Assembly (NCBI GenBank): GCA_002633005.1
Contig: NMRA01000282.1
Location: 1 to 64,000, forward strand
Length of the DNA: 64,000 nt
DNA from: Phoronis australis
Lineage: Eukaryota > Animalia > Phoronida
Direction: 5' to 3'
In this document: positions 29,460-40,930 of the stretch, piece after piece
Layout of the letters: every line of letters begins with the position of its first letter
How positions within the stretch are numbered: the first letter of the stretch is position 1
Program-made: the position numbers and the translations under genes
Notes under the pieces: generated by a model
Told to the model about the DNA's origin: nothing
What the model saw: the letters and a program-made list of their open reading frames with translations, nothing else
Database searches by the model: none

Positions 29460-30624
29460 CTGGTTTGTACGTGTAGTTGTGTTACGAACTATTTGGCTTA
29501 CAGCACTTGAGATTTATTTTAGAATCCAAGACACAGCTTCGAAATTTAACAAGTACTGAACGCGATGCGTCCCGTAGCTTATAGATCGTCTAACACACTT
29601 TCGTAAGAAAATCAAATATCTAGCTGCCGATAGGATTTTCTTGGACTTAACATGAATAATTAACGACAGCTCTGGATGTTAACTTGATTACGTAAATTTC
29701 TACAGAACGTTTCATTCTTGAAACAAGTCGAATTTAACGCAATATAGGAGAGCGTCCAAGAATGAAACAATTATTTTTTGTTCAGCATGGTCGGTTCAGG
29801 AAATAACGTGGACCAAAGAATAGACATTACTTTACTATCGAAAACACGAGACAGCGCGTTGCAGATGTGCAAGAATCTCAGAACATGACTGGTCTTAAAA
29901 ATTGTGAACTCATTTGTGATGTGCGTGTCCTCCTAGAAAACTGCTACTGCGCGAAATAACCCATAAGCGGATATAGGGGGTTGAAGGGATGCGGCCCCCT
30001 TCCTCTCTCTTCCAAGGAAGAAATGAAATCGGCGTAAAAGGTTCGATATACAAGAAACGTACCTACGTATGTCACATGGGGTTGAAGTTTGAGGCCCTTG
30101 TGATATCCTATATCCGACAAAATGTAACGAGATATTGTATTAAACATTATGGCCAAGCGTTAGCACTCTTTCACGTGACCGTAACCTTGTACCCTCTCTT
30201 GTAGCTGATATCTCGTGTTATCTTTCTCGTGGTCAGTGACACTGAGATATATGTACCTTAAGAATCTGGTGACGAGCATTCACAAATAAACTCTAATCGT
30301 ATTTATTACATTATCACGTAGTGAATTTCATGTTATATCTGTTAGCAGCGAAGGCTATCTTTCTAAACTTGTTTGAATTAGCCCGGTATTGATTTCCAAT
30401 CTTCTGGTAAACTTGCTAATACACGAAAGTTGCTATCCGGAGTAACAAATCTTCAATAGGAGTTCAAGAAATGTAGTTGTAAATAAACTGTAATAAACAA
30501 TTGACTGTTGTTTGTAATTAACGCGTTTCTGTTCTAGGCCCTGGATAAGAGGTGAAGAAAATTTGCGAACACTGGGAGTAGACAACCTGAAGTTTCAAAA
30601 CTGACGGACACCCGTGTAAACAAT

Positions 30625-30720
30625 TCCCGCCAATCAGAAACGCTCGTCTGCTCAAGTTTGTTTGCTCAAGTTAGCATGCTGCAGTATATGTGAGCAATTC
30701 TTCAACCCTTGTCGATCAAA
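30625..30720 (+). promoter_or_regulatory. putative hh core/proximal promoter
   Basis: CCAAT box (cgCCAATcag, ~30630), Fox-type TGTTTGC (~30659) and weak TATA-like gTATATg (~30685), 260-320 nt upstream of the ATG. No transcript evidence. Confidence 0.3.
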
Positions 30721-30947
30721 AGGCTTAGGTCAGCCTTCGGGGACGTGAATACTTACCTGAAATTTACAATTTGAAGAATTATAGCGCGAAAACGGACAAA
30801 AAGCGTTCAGCGGCACTTTCAGATGGATGGAGTACTGTGAGCAACGGTGATGTGAACGTTTTACACCGCCAGATAATTTTTGTAGATATTTGTTTATATA
30901 TAGTTTGTTACATTTTGTCAATGCGAGCCACGTTGTGATAGAACATT

Positions 30948-31259
30948 ATGGCTTTCCGTCGAATTTATAAATTATTATTAGCGTGGAATTTCATTTTTCT
31001 CCTTTTAACTGTCTCGTCCCTTCAGTGCGGACATGGGATTCGAGGAAGTGGTCGCAGAATGCGACCGGAAAAAATTAAACCTTTGGTGTTTAAACAGCAT
31101 GTGCCGAACGTTTCGGAAGGAACGCTGGGAGCCAGTGGACAAAGTGAAGGAAAAATTACCAGAAATTCACCAAAATTTAAAGAGCTGGTTACTATGGACG
31201 ATCCCAACATCGTATTTCGAGACGAAGAAGGAGACGGCTCTGACCGATTGATGTCCAAG
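30948..31259 (+). CDS. hh: hedgehog exon 1 (signal peptide + N-terminal part of the Hedge signalling domain)
   Basis: Hydrophobic signal peptide [26 protein letters not shown], then [61 protein letters not shown], matching the Hh consensus. Phase-0 donor AAG|gtatgt at 31260. Confidence 0.97.
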
Positions 31260-34200
31260 GTATGTAAATCTAAAGCCTATTTTCGCCAATACCATAAGAG
31301 GACCGAGATCAGCCTCATGAAAACCACATCTCAGGTGTCAACACAGGTGTAACAAGTTGGGGACTTGACAATAATAAGAACGTTAATAGTCTTATTAATT
31401 TCGCTCAATTCGCCCAGCACAAACTTTGTTGCTAAACAATGAACCAAGTTCCGCTTAAGGGTACGTTTTCCGAACCACAGGTGTGTGTGTGTGTGTTTGT
31501 TGGTAAATCTGTTTGCTCATACAATTTTTTCACGTCCGCCCCCTTATCATCAGGTATTTATTACAGGTAAAACAAATCTTATCAGGCAGATACTCATTTA
31601 AGAACATGTCTGTACTTTAGAATTCATAAATTAAGACAGGGTCAAGATAAACTTATTTCACGGTGACTCACACGAAATGAAACCGTCTTAGGAAAAAATT
31701 GTTTTTAACTTAAAGATTAAAACTTTTTTACGACTAGCCATCACGATCTCAGTGAAGTAAAACGTCAACTCACTCCAATGGTGACTATACAGATCCGATT
31801 TTTGTTGAAATCACTGCAAATTGTGTCGTGTTACTTATGATTTGCCTAACCTAATTATTTTCCAAGTCCACAAGAGGTTGCATTTAATTGATGTAACACT
31901 TAAACTGTTTATCGGTCATATTTTTAAAACCTGAAGAAGGTTAAGAAAGTGGCAAAAACGTCAATTGTGAGGACAGATAAATATTAATACTAGCAATTTT
32001 TTGTATTTTATGTTGCTTTATCTTAAATAAGCAGGTGTACTGTTTAGACTGATTTACCTGAAAGGTGTGTCGACTTGACACTGAATTTATCTCACCTTAA
32101 GTAAACAGAAATTATCTCAGTAAAACTTGAAGAGACTAAAAAACAAGTTTTCGGTTCCAGCATAACTTGCATTTTAATTCGTGGTCAGTACCAAGTCACA
32201 GATTAAGTGTTTTAGAATTCATTAAAACGATACAATGATTAACATTTTAGGGAGGACTTGTCACTAAAGAACGGGAAAAGGTTGTGAATCTGTTAAAATT
32301 GTTATAAAAAGTACTGGCAGAAGCTTGAAAGGGAAGATTTTAAGTATTCTTAATCAGGAACAAGTGGCCATGTTACTCTAAAACTGGACATTTTCATAAG
32401 CTTCGCTAGGAAAGTTGCTGTTCAGTCAAAGTCAAATAAGCACTTGACGCACTGAAGCCAGGTATCGGTATTCCTATTGTTACAACATTTAACAGTCCAA
32501 GGCCGGCTTTATACCGTTGGGTCCACTCCAGCCGTTCACCATCTGTGTGCCGAGGGCTGTGAGCGTTTCCATTATATTTTAAGGATAATCCCCTTATTAG
32601 TCAAATTCCACGGCCTGACTAAAGCCTATTAAGTATTATTCGACGCTACCGTTCTACCTGTTAATCTGTTATGAGCTGCTACACTCCCAGTCAGTTAGTT
32701 AACAAACTTTAAAGAAAAGAAAGCTACTAATAACAAGCCCATTTACGCGCACAAAATAGGCTATTCCATCAAAGGTTTAGGTCTTATCTGGTCTACCTTA
32801 AAGAATTATTGCAAGATTAACCAACTAATATACAACGTCAGTTATCAACATGAGCGCGGCACCTTTCATTGATGCCCTGGCGCGGCTATTAGACGAGAAA
32901 TTGTGATGATAACAGTGAATTAATTTGTTGTATAAATGTTTCTATTTAAACGCACCCCTGTTTGCTTGATGACAAATCAAATATTTTCCTAAATAACAAA
33001 CAACCAAAACAGAGTCGAGCCCTTGAATGACACTGAAGGCTATGAAAACACACTGCTGTGAGAAACTCAACCAAACAGTTACAAAAAGACTGAGCAGAAC
33101 CCAGCGAGTTGAGCCCAAGACCCTGCCATATAGTGCGGCGGTTGGAATGCTGAGAAAATTGAGACTCGACATTGAAAAAGGCAACGCCCGAAAACAATTG
33201 ATTAATGTAATTAAATTAAAGAACCGTATCCTACTGCTTCCATACTTTCATTCAATTTCACCAAATGTCGCCTTCAAAGAGCTTCCAGTTGTACTTTTCT
33301 TAAAGTGACATTATCGGAGAGCTACGTCATTTTCCAAAATCGGTTCCAACGCAGACTCGAGTCCGAAACACTCTGCTGGCTGAGCTTCATTGCACTCGGT
33401 AAATGCCACAATATTTTAAGCGTAATTAGTGCGTTTATTTCATGTCGTATGAAATACAAAACTAAAACTCCAATATTGAATTATATGGAAGGCTCTGTGA
33501 AGGACTTTACAGCAAGCTGACCACAGGGCCAGCTGGTTAAGTCACCGACTTTGATTTCCGGGAATGTCTGACAGATAACGACGAGAATTGGTGATTTGTA
33601 ATAAAATCAAAAAACGCAAAGGAATTTTTAGCACTGGTCAAACCTAATAACTTCAAGAAGTCTATCCCATTCAACAATAGTCCCAAATATGTGTTTTTCG
33701 GCTGTAAAAATGATAAAAGTCCGTTAAATTCACAAAATCTGTAGGTTACCGAGAAATTCTTAATGAAAAAGGCCCGCCGCGCATGCACGTAGTTGCCAAC
33801 ATTTGTTAACTTGAGGCCAAAACTTCACTTTTAGAGATTGAAATGTAATGTTCAATACATCTAGTGTGTGGTTGCCAAACTTGAATGAGTAAGATAAATC
33901 GAGGCTTGATTGACAGTGTCTTGCACTTGTTCTCCTTTAATTCAAATTAGGTAGTGAAACAGATTAGCGACCATGCAAAAAAAATAAACGGGCATTCTTT
34001 AAAATGACAATTTGTGTTATGCTGAGCATGTGTAATAGTTTTAGATTTACCAAAGGTGACCCACTTTCAAAGTATAGGTTCAGGTACTTAAATCAGAAAT
34101 GGCCTGAGGTTTACTTTACCGAGTCTTTCGGTATCTTATCGTGGATATCTTCTGCCGAAACCAACTTCTTTATTAGAAACTGTAACGAATCACGTGTTCC

Positions 34201-35182
34201 GCTAAATCCTTCTAGAGCCAAGAATCTTGAGAAAGGATACAACAGCATCAAATAACAAGACTAAACATGGCGATAATCGAACACGCTAGCGGAAGTCCTA
34301 TTTACTACCATTCTTGAAAGAGCTATGCCCAATACACATTTGCTATCAAATTCAAGTTTTAATCATCTCTTAAATAAATAAATATCAAGTTTTCAGGATG
34401 CTAGAGAGTAGATAATCTAGTTTTGATGATTCTTTCATTACGTAACGTTTGTATGCCACAACGGGATACTTAAAGAGGCATCCGGCTCTGTGGTTGACAG
34501 GTAGACGTTTAGCGAGATAGGAAGCGAGATGGAGTTTGTCCCACTACCTTTAGCGTCATGGTACCAACTACGGCTGCCTTCCGTAAACCAAACTTTTTTT
34601 CACATAAAAGCGAGATACCACAAGTGTTAGCAAGATGTCACCATCAATTACAACTGAATTGAGCAGGTGATCACAGTGGCTTTTCTCGCGTGTAGTCTTG
34701 GGTCTAAGGAACGCAGCCCTGGTACTTCACAGCGGGAATACGGTGAGATTTGTAAGACTTCATACTGACTTTCCACGGTCAGGGTAATAGACCCTCTTCG
34801 TGATTATGTAACAACATGGCGATGTTGTCCCTCTTTTCTGCTAAGTTTGGAAACCCGTAAGTGATCTAATAGACAGTAACAAACTGTTCTCGAAGTCTAT
34901 ATTCGAACCATTGATCACACTGATCAAAATAATCAAAGCCACCAAAGAGTCAATAAATTTTTCCAATATAAGAACTCGTGCGTGGGGTCATGGTGAGGTA
35001 AATTATTCTCACACTTTCACGTACACTGTAATACGTGTCATCTGGTTTGTTTAGACGTGGATTAATGTACCAAATTGTATGGCCAAGTTGCGCAACGCCC
35101 TGGAATGTAACTTTGTATAACTCCTGACATGAAAACAAAAGCATTTACGCAAACATGGCGCATTGTTAAAAGTGAACTGGTA

Positions 35183-35683
35183 ATTGCATGCTTCTTTACA
35201 CAGCAGGAATTCCGTCTTCAGTGCAAAGTCTTTGATACACGATAACACGCCAATGAACCCGCTTTTGATTTAGAACCTTTACCGATTCGAAATTGATTTC
35301 AAATCTTTCCTATAAGTCAATTAAATGAGACATCCCGGGCTTCGAAAGACCTTACAGTTTGTTATAGTTTGAGAAGATTTTTTGCAANCCAAACGACAAG
35401 CTTTTGCCCCACTTCCCGTGACGTCACAGTTAAGTCTCACATAATCTCGCGTTATTGTTATAAACTCGCAAAAGGCCTATTGCATGCTTCTTTACACAGC
35501 AGGAATTCCGTCTTCAGTGCAAAGTCTTTGATACACGATAACACGCCAATGAACCCGCTTTTGATTTAGAACCTTTACCGATTCGAAATTGATTTCAAAT
35601 CTTTCCTATAAGTCAATTAAATGAGACATCCCGGGCTTCGAAAGACCTTACAGTTTGTTATAGTTTGAGAAGATTTTTTGCAA
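35183..35683. other. 205-bp direct duplication at an N junction (probable haplotype overlap)
   Basis: 35183-35387 repeats at 35479-35683; N at 35388. Confidence 0.85.
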
Positions 35684-35915
35684 GGCCAGAAATTGTCATC
35701 CGGGTAAGAAACAAGTTGAAATCAATTTTACGTCAGTAAGTGATTCACATAAAAATACATGTTTGTTGTCGGGACCTTGGGCAGAGTGTAAGAAGTACGT
35801 GAATACATTAAAATAAGAAATATTCCATCAAAATTCATCCACACTTGTTGCCCACTCGACGTTCGATGGCCACTTGGTGGTCGCAGTATTAACGACCCAC
35901 CCTCCTTCAGATGCA

Positions 35916-35965
35916 ATCAGACGATCCTAGATGGTATCAGACGATTCTAGATGGTATCAGACGAT
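35916..35965. repeat. 20-bp tandem repeat x2.5
   Basis: ATCAGACGAT(C/T)CTAGATGGT. Confidence 0.8.
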
Positions 35966-37764
35966 AAGTCTATTCACGTTTAATGGGACGGAACTGAATG
36001 GCCAAGTAATGATGTTTATTCGACTTGTGAATGAGCTCGGTCGAAAATGAATTATTACGATTAGTCGAGAAATCCCGAACAAACAAAGAGAAGAAAGTCT
36101 TGAAGTAGTCAGCGATTACTAAATACCCGCTAAACAAACACACACTTCATGAATCGGCTGGCACAGGAATATTGTCGAGCATAGAATTCTAGTATACACA
36201 CGCGTTCCATAAAGGCTTCCGAAATTCGCGGGTGTACAAGAAATCGCTAAACCGCGATGGTATGTCGCATTGTGAGACAGGATGTTTTCTTTGGAACGCA
36301 CTAGTGAAAGCGATGTCGAATCTGCCCAAAAGGGCAAATTCGTCCGTGTGTGTTTTCTTGTAGTTTTCATTGTTGATTCTCCACTAAGAAGGTTTTGTTA
36401 ACGGATGTTCAGAAAATACAACCGAGTCAATAGAACTTCAAACCCCTTTCACACCAGAGGCCAATTTAAGTGTGCGGTGCATTGTTCGATAAAACATGCA
36501 AATATTGCAACAAAAATGAAATATTATACTCTTCTCATCTGTGCCTGTACACTTAGCTGTTATGCTAACTTCAGATCAAAATAACGACAAGGACAAGCGA
36601 TGGTCGACCCACGAGAAGTAATTTTTACTTTTTATTGCACAAAGGCGTTTTTATAGGTCCTGAATGACTTACGACCGATTTTTAGTAAAATTCCAGCCAC
36701 TGTCAGTGTCTATGAGTTAGTGAGATGAAATTGGTACAGGTTCGCGAACAGCGTTCATGAGTGAGTGAGTCGTGTACTTCAGGTACCCTGATTACCATAT
36801 CTTAAACAAAAAGACACGACAGTTAGCAGATGCTAACTGTTCCACAAAGGAACAGTCTGGGCGATTATCTGATATGCGGCAATATGTACCCGGGGGAGAA
36901 CAAAAGGCGGTGTCCTTAAGATATAATTAGCTAAAAGCTGCAACTATAGACGATGTTCACCAGATCCGTTTTCCGCAGTCTCAGAAAAGCATTCAACTTT
37001 CATCTTTAAGACGCTGTAGCAGATGGCGAGGAAAAATATACGAAAATCTGGCGAGTTTGTGGTTTTATTTACTAGAACCTTTTCCTCAAGTCTATCTCCG
37101 ATGACAGCTGGTTCTGAAACAGCACCTGTATCTAAAAAAGTAGTGGGCACAAGCAGCGTACTATCTCCGCAAGTTTTGCTTCCGTCACCATTTAGTTCTA
37201 GCACAGTAAACGAAGAAGGTTGACCGCCGCGTGAGGCTGCAACATAAATGCAGTCTACTAACCTATGAATACGATGTTAGTATATGTTTCAACTACGTAC
37301 AAAGAAAAATTCAGTACTATACTGCGGCGAATGTCGCAAAATTTGACTTGTTTTTGCTCCTTCAAGGACGATACAAGGATGCAGGATGCTGTTGACTGCG
37401 TCATACATAGCTAATCCTCACATTAACTCTTCAAGCGACAAAGGCCATGATAACAGTCTTTAAACCCGACAATGAATTCAAACTGATAACCTGTTTTCTA
37501 CCTAGAACGCTCCATTATGATAAAACAAACGATATTAACATGTTATCGGCAGCGCGTTGGCTTCGAGGGCGGCGATGTCTTATCGGTGAGATGACCACGT
37601 ACGGACTGTTTTCTCCAAGACGGAACGAGGTCTGAATATCATTTCTCAGACCATGTGCGACAGCATATTAAAATGATAAAACAGCTCATAGCATAAATGC
37701 ACGAAGTAGCCTACATAGTTGCGCATACGGTTACTTTTCATTGCAAACCGTGACCTAATGAGAG

Positions 37765-38014
37765 CATGCGCGCACCCAGCCTTCAATATGGGGGGCTCGA
37801 ATTCCTGACTTTGTGGACATCTTGGTAACAAAAAGGTGGGCGGACTAAAAAAAACGGGGGCACCACTCACCATTGTGAATTACGCATTTGCACATGTTTA
37901 ATGGACTTGTGCCTCATTTTCTCGGACTTTTTGTCGCTCGGCGGCCGACCTTTTTGCCCACTTCGCCAAATGGGGGGCTCATTCGAGCCCCCCCCTCCCC
38001 TGGGTGCGCGCATG
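37765..38014. mobile_element. MITE family B in hh intron 1
   Basis: Perfect 15-bp TIR CATGCGCGCACCCAG...CTGGGTGCGCGCATG; flanks GAGAG/GACAG (5-bp TSD with one mismatch). Confidence 0.8.
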
Positions 38015-40561
38015 GACAGGTGCATAGTGCTGCAGTTTCGTCATGTAAAAAGCAACAAAATGGAACAAAATCTTCAGTACGAAACGCTAGGAAAAAATGA
38101 CCTAAAATTCACAGGTTCGTGGCCCCTTGCACCTGTCGGCGACATCAATGCAATCAAAAGTGCAAAAAAAGTTCTAAAACATTAAGTGTGATCGAACTGT
38201 TTAGTAATAAGGTACGCATCTGAGAACAACTGTACATGACAACTGCAATGACCACGTGGCCTGATAATGGTTCTCGCACAAATTCTTTTAATGTACCTTT
38301 AATGGAAAAAGACAGACAGAATTTGTCTAGAATGTCCAGTGCAGAGGTACCAAGTATATTAATACTTGATTGATGCGACATCTGTCTCGATGGAATAAGA
38401 ATAAACGTTCTATAAAGGAGATAAAATAAAAATTATGAGGCAGGGGAATGAGGTTAGTATTGCCGTTGGTCTGGCGGATCTTATTTAAAAATGAATATAA
38501 AAGTTGCGTGTCAGCTAACAATTGAAGAGCACTTCAAAACACATCATGAGCGTGTAAGGCAACGAGACAAAATTTTACAAGTTCCTCAGTTGCTTCACTC
38601 ATGTGAAACAAAAGAAACGCATAGACCCTCAGAGGCAAGTGTTCCGTCACTGAATCCACAGGAAGTGCCTCGAAGCTTCCCCAAGACTGAATCCACTACC
38701 ACGTGATATGTTTTACTACGATAGATGTGCGTAAACAGTTTGGTTATTTACCTCCACTTAAGCTAAATGATCCGTATAATTTCTCACAGCTCCCTGCAGG
38801 AGTTCTCCACGCGCTCAGGCGGTTCAGCTAATAAACCACTTCTGTGATACGCGAAACCGTACTCGTCAACTGTCGTGGGTCTTTTGTACAGGGCGAGAAA
38901 AAGTAATTCCCTTTCTTGGGGCTGTAGGTTTAGTAGTTTAAATTTCATTGTCCATCGAACGCCATTTTTACCCGAAAGCTGAATTTGCCGACAGATCATT
39001 AGCTTGTTGGTGAAATCGGATTGTCATCGGCCTTTTACGGAGCAGGGTCGGAAGTGTCTCAGGTTATCATCATTTTCAAAGCGCTAACATTTTTTATTTG
39101 TAGCTTTGAATTTATTTCAAGAAACTAAAAAAAAACTAATTTAGGGTATCTTTTGTACAGTTCATTCGTCAGATACCAAGCACGTGTAGCTTGCGCGCCT
39201 AAGTTGTAAATGCTAACCATTATGGACACGAAACGTTTTACGTGCACATGACGGTGACGTATTCCAACGTCACGGGTGAGAATGATTGACTGTCTCAGTC
39301 AGATTTTTCCTCATTTGTTTAGCCCAGTGGCCTCGTTAGCCCTATTCATAGAGCCTCGGGTGATATTTAACGTCGCTATTCAGGGGGTTTGGTTTTCTTT
39401 GCAATGAGCATCCCGGTATTATGGTCAGGATCCATGTAACGATAACAGCTAATGTGGCTATGCATAACTTAATTTGTTATTATTGTTCCACAGTTTGTAT
39501 TACTGGTGTTGTTTCACACTCGGTGACCAAGGCGTTTGATGGGAAATGAGATTTCTTAAGGTTGGATAAAACATATAGGTAGTTTTACAATAGTTTGATA
39601 CACGGGATTATGGGGTAATTTGACACTCGTTTCATGGTTGTCATGGGGATTCGTATTTCTGACATGGGGTGAGATGAACCCAACATTTAGTTGCAAAGGG
39701 CATATATAAGTCAGACGGGCAATGACGATGACAAATCTCAGGTGCGACTTTTTATTTTCGAGATAGATTTCTCCGTTGCTATCCGGTCTTGATTGATGCG
39801 GAATCATCTACGGAGAAGTACTAGGCTATTGAATTCGTTCGAGTGCGTAAATTTTAAAATAAAATTAAATGTCTGCATAGTCAAAAACCCCTACTTTGAC
39901 AAATAGAACGATATGTTCAAACACATTTCTTGGAGTCCTTGGTACTTCTGTCTACCAAACTGAGTCCAACCATGCATTTGCATACCTACAGTTTCACGGT
40001 GAAACCCTAAACAGAGCTTGTTAGACATTTATAGAAGCGAACCCAAACCATATAATCGTTGCACCTAGCACTCGGCTTGTTTTCCTATCAGGTGTTTACC
40101 CATATCTGTAATGTACACAAAACGGTGTAGTTCCTTACACTCTTAATTATCCGTCTCTTCAATGGTTGATCGTCTTAAACCGACACCGCTTCCTTTGGCG
40201 GTCGACGGCTACACAATGGTTTTTTACACGAGCGGGACGCGCCATCAGCGAAGTGAATCTAATGTTATAATAAGCGTAATGAGGCGTTTAATAGATGAGT
40301 GTGTATGCCCGGGGCAGTATTGTTAAATGACATGCCTATAGAACACACAGGTGTACGTGTAAGAGTCGTGTGTGTTGTTTTTTGAGGTTAATAATACATT
40401 CCAACACGTTCTGGTCTTCAAATTTTGTTCCACATATGTTGACAAGATGAGCGTCCAGTAATCAATGCCAAAAGGACCACTGGAGGGACAACGTCTTCCT
40501 ACCACCGATCCAAACATAAAAATAATTATTCACAAAGGTGTCTCAAAAATTTCTTGCCATG

Positions 40562-40930
40562 ATGATAGTGACTGGTATATTTTTCGTGATGATAGCGACT
40601 AAAATATCTACCCTAAAGATAGTAACTGGTATATCTACCGTCATGAAAGCGACTGGTATATCTACTCTAAAAATAGCGACTGGTATATTTACCGTGATGA
40701 CAGTGACTTGTATATCTACGCTAAAAATAGCGAATGGTATATCTACCGTTATGATAGCGACTGGTATATCTACCGTGATGATAGAAATTGGTATATCTAC
40801 CGTCATGATACCGATTGGTACATCTACCCTAAAGACAGGGACTGATTTACCTACCGTGATGACAGTGAGTGATATATCTACCGCGATGATAGCGACTGGT
40901 ATGTCTACCGTCACGATAGCGACTGGTGAT
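40562..40930. repeat. 27-bp minisatellite (~14 copies)
   Basis: Consensus GATAGCGACTGGTATATCTACCGTGAT, repeated with divergence. Confidence 0.92.

Noticed and set aside
36944-37223. Overlapping antisense ORFs in hh intron 1
   Set aside because: Short, low-complexity, no recognisable domain or exon chain.
40562-40930. CRISPR-like array
   Set aside because: Units are contiguous with no unique spacers, there are no cas genes, and the context is a eukaryotic intron.
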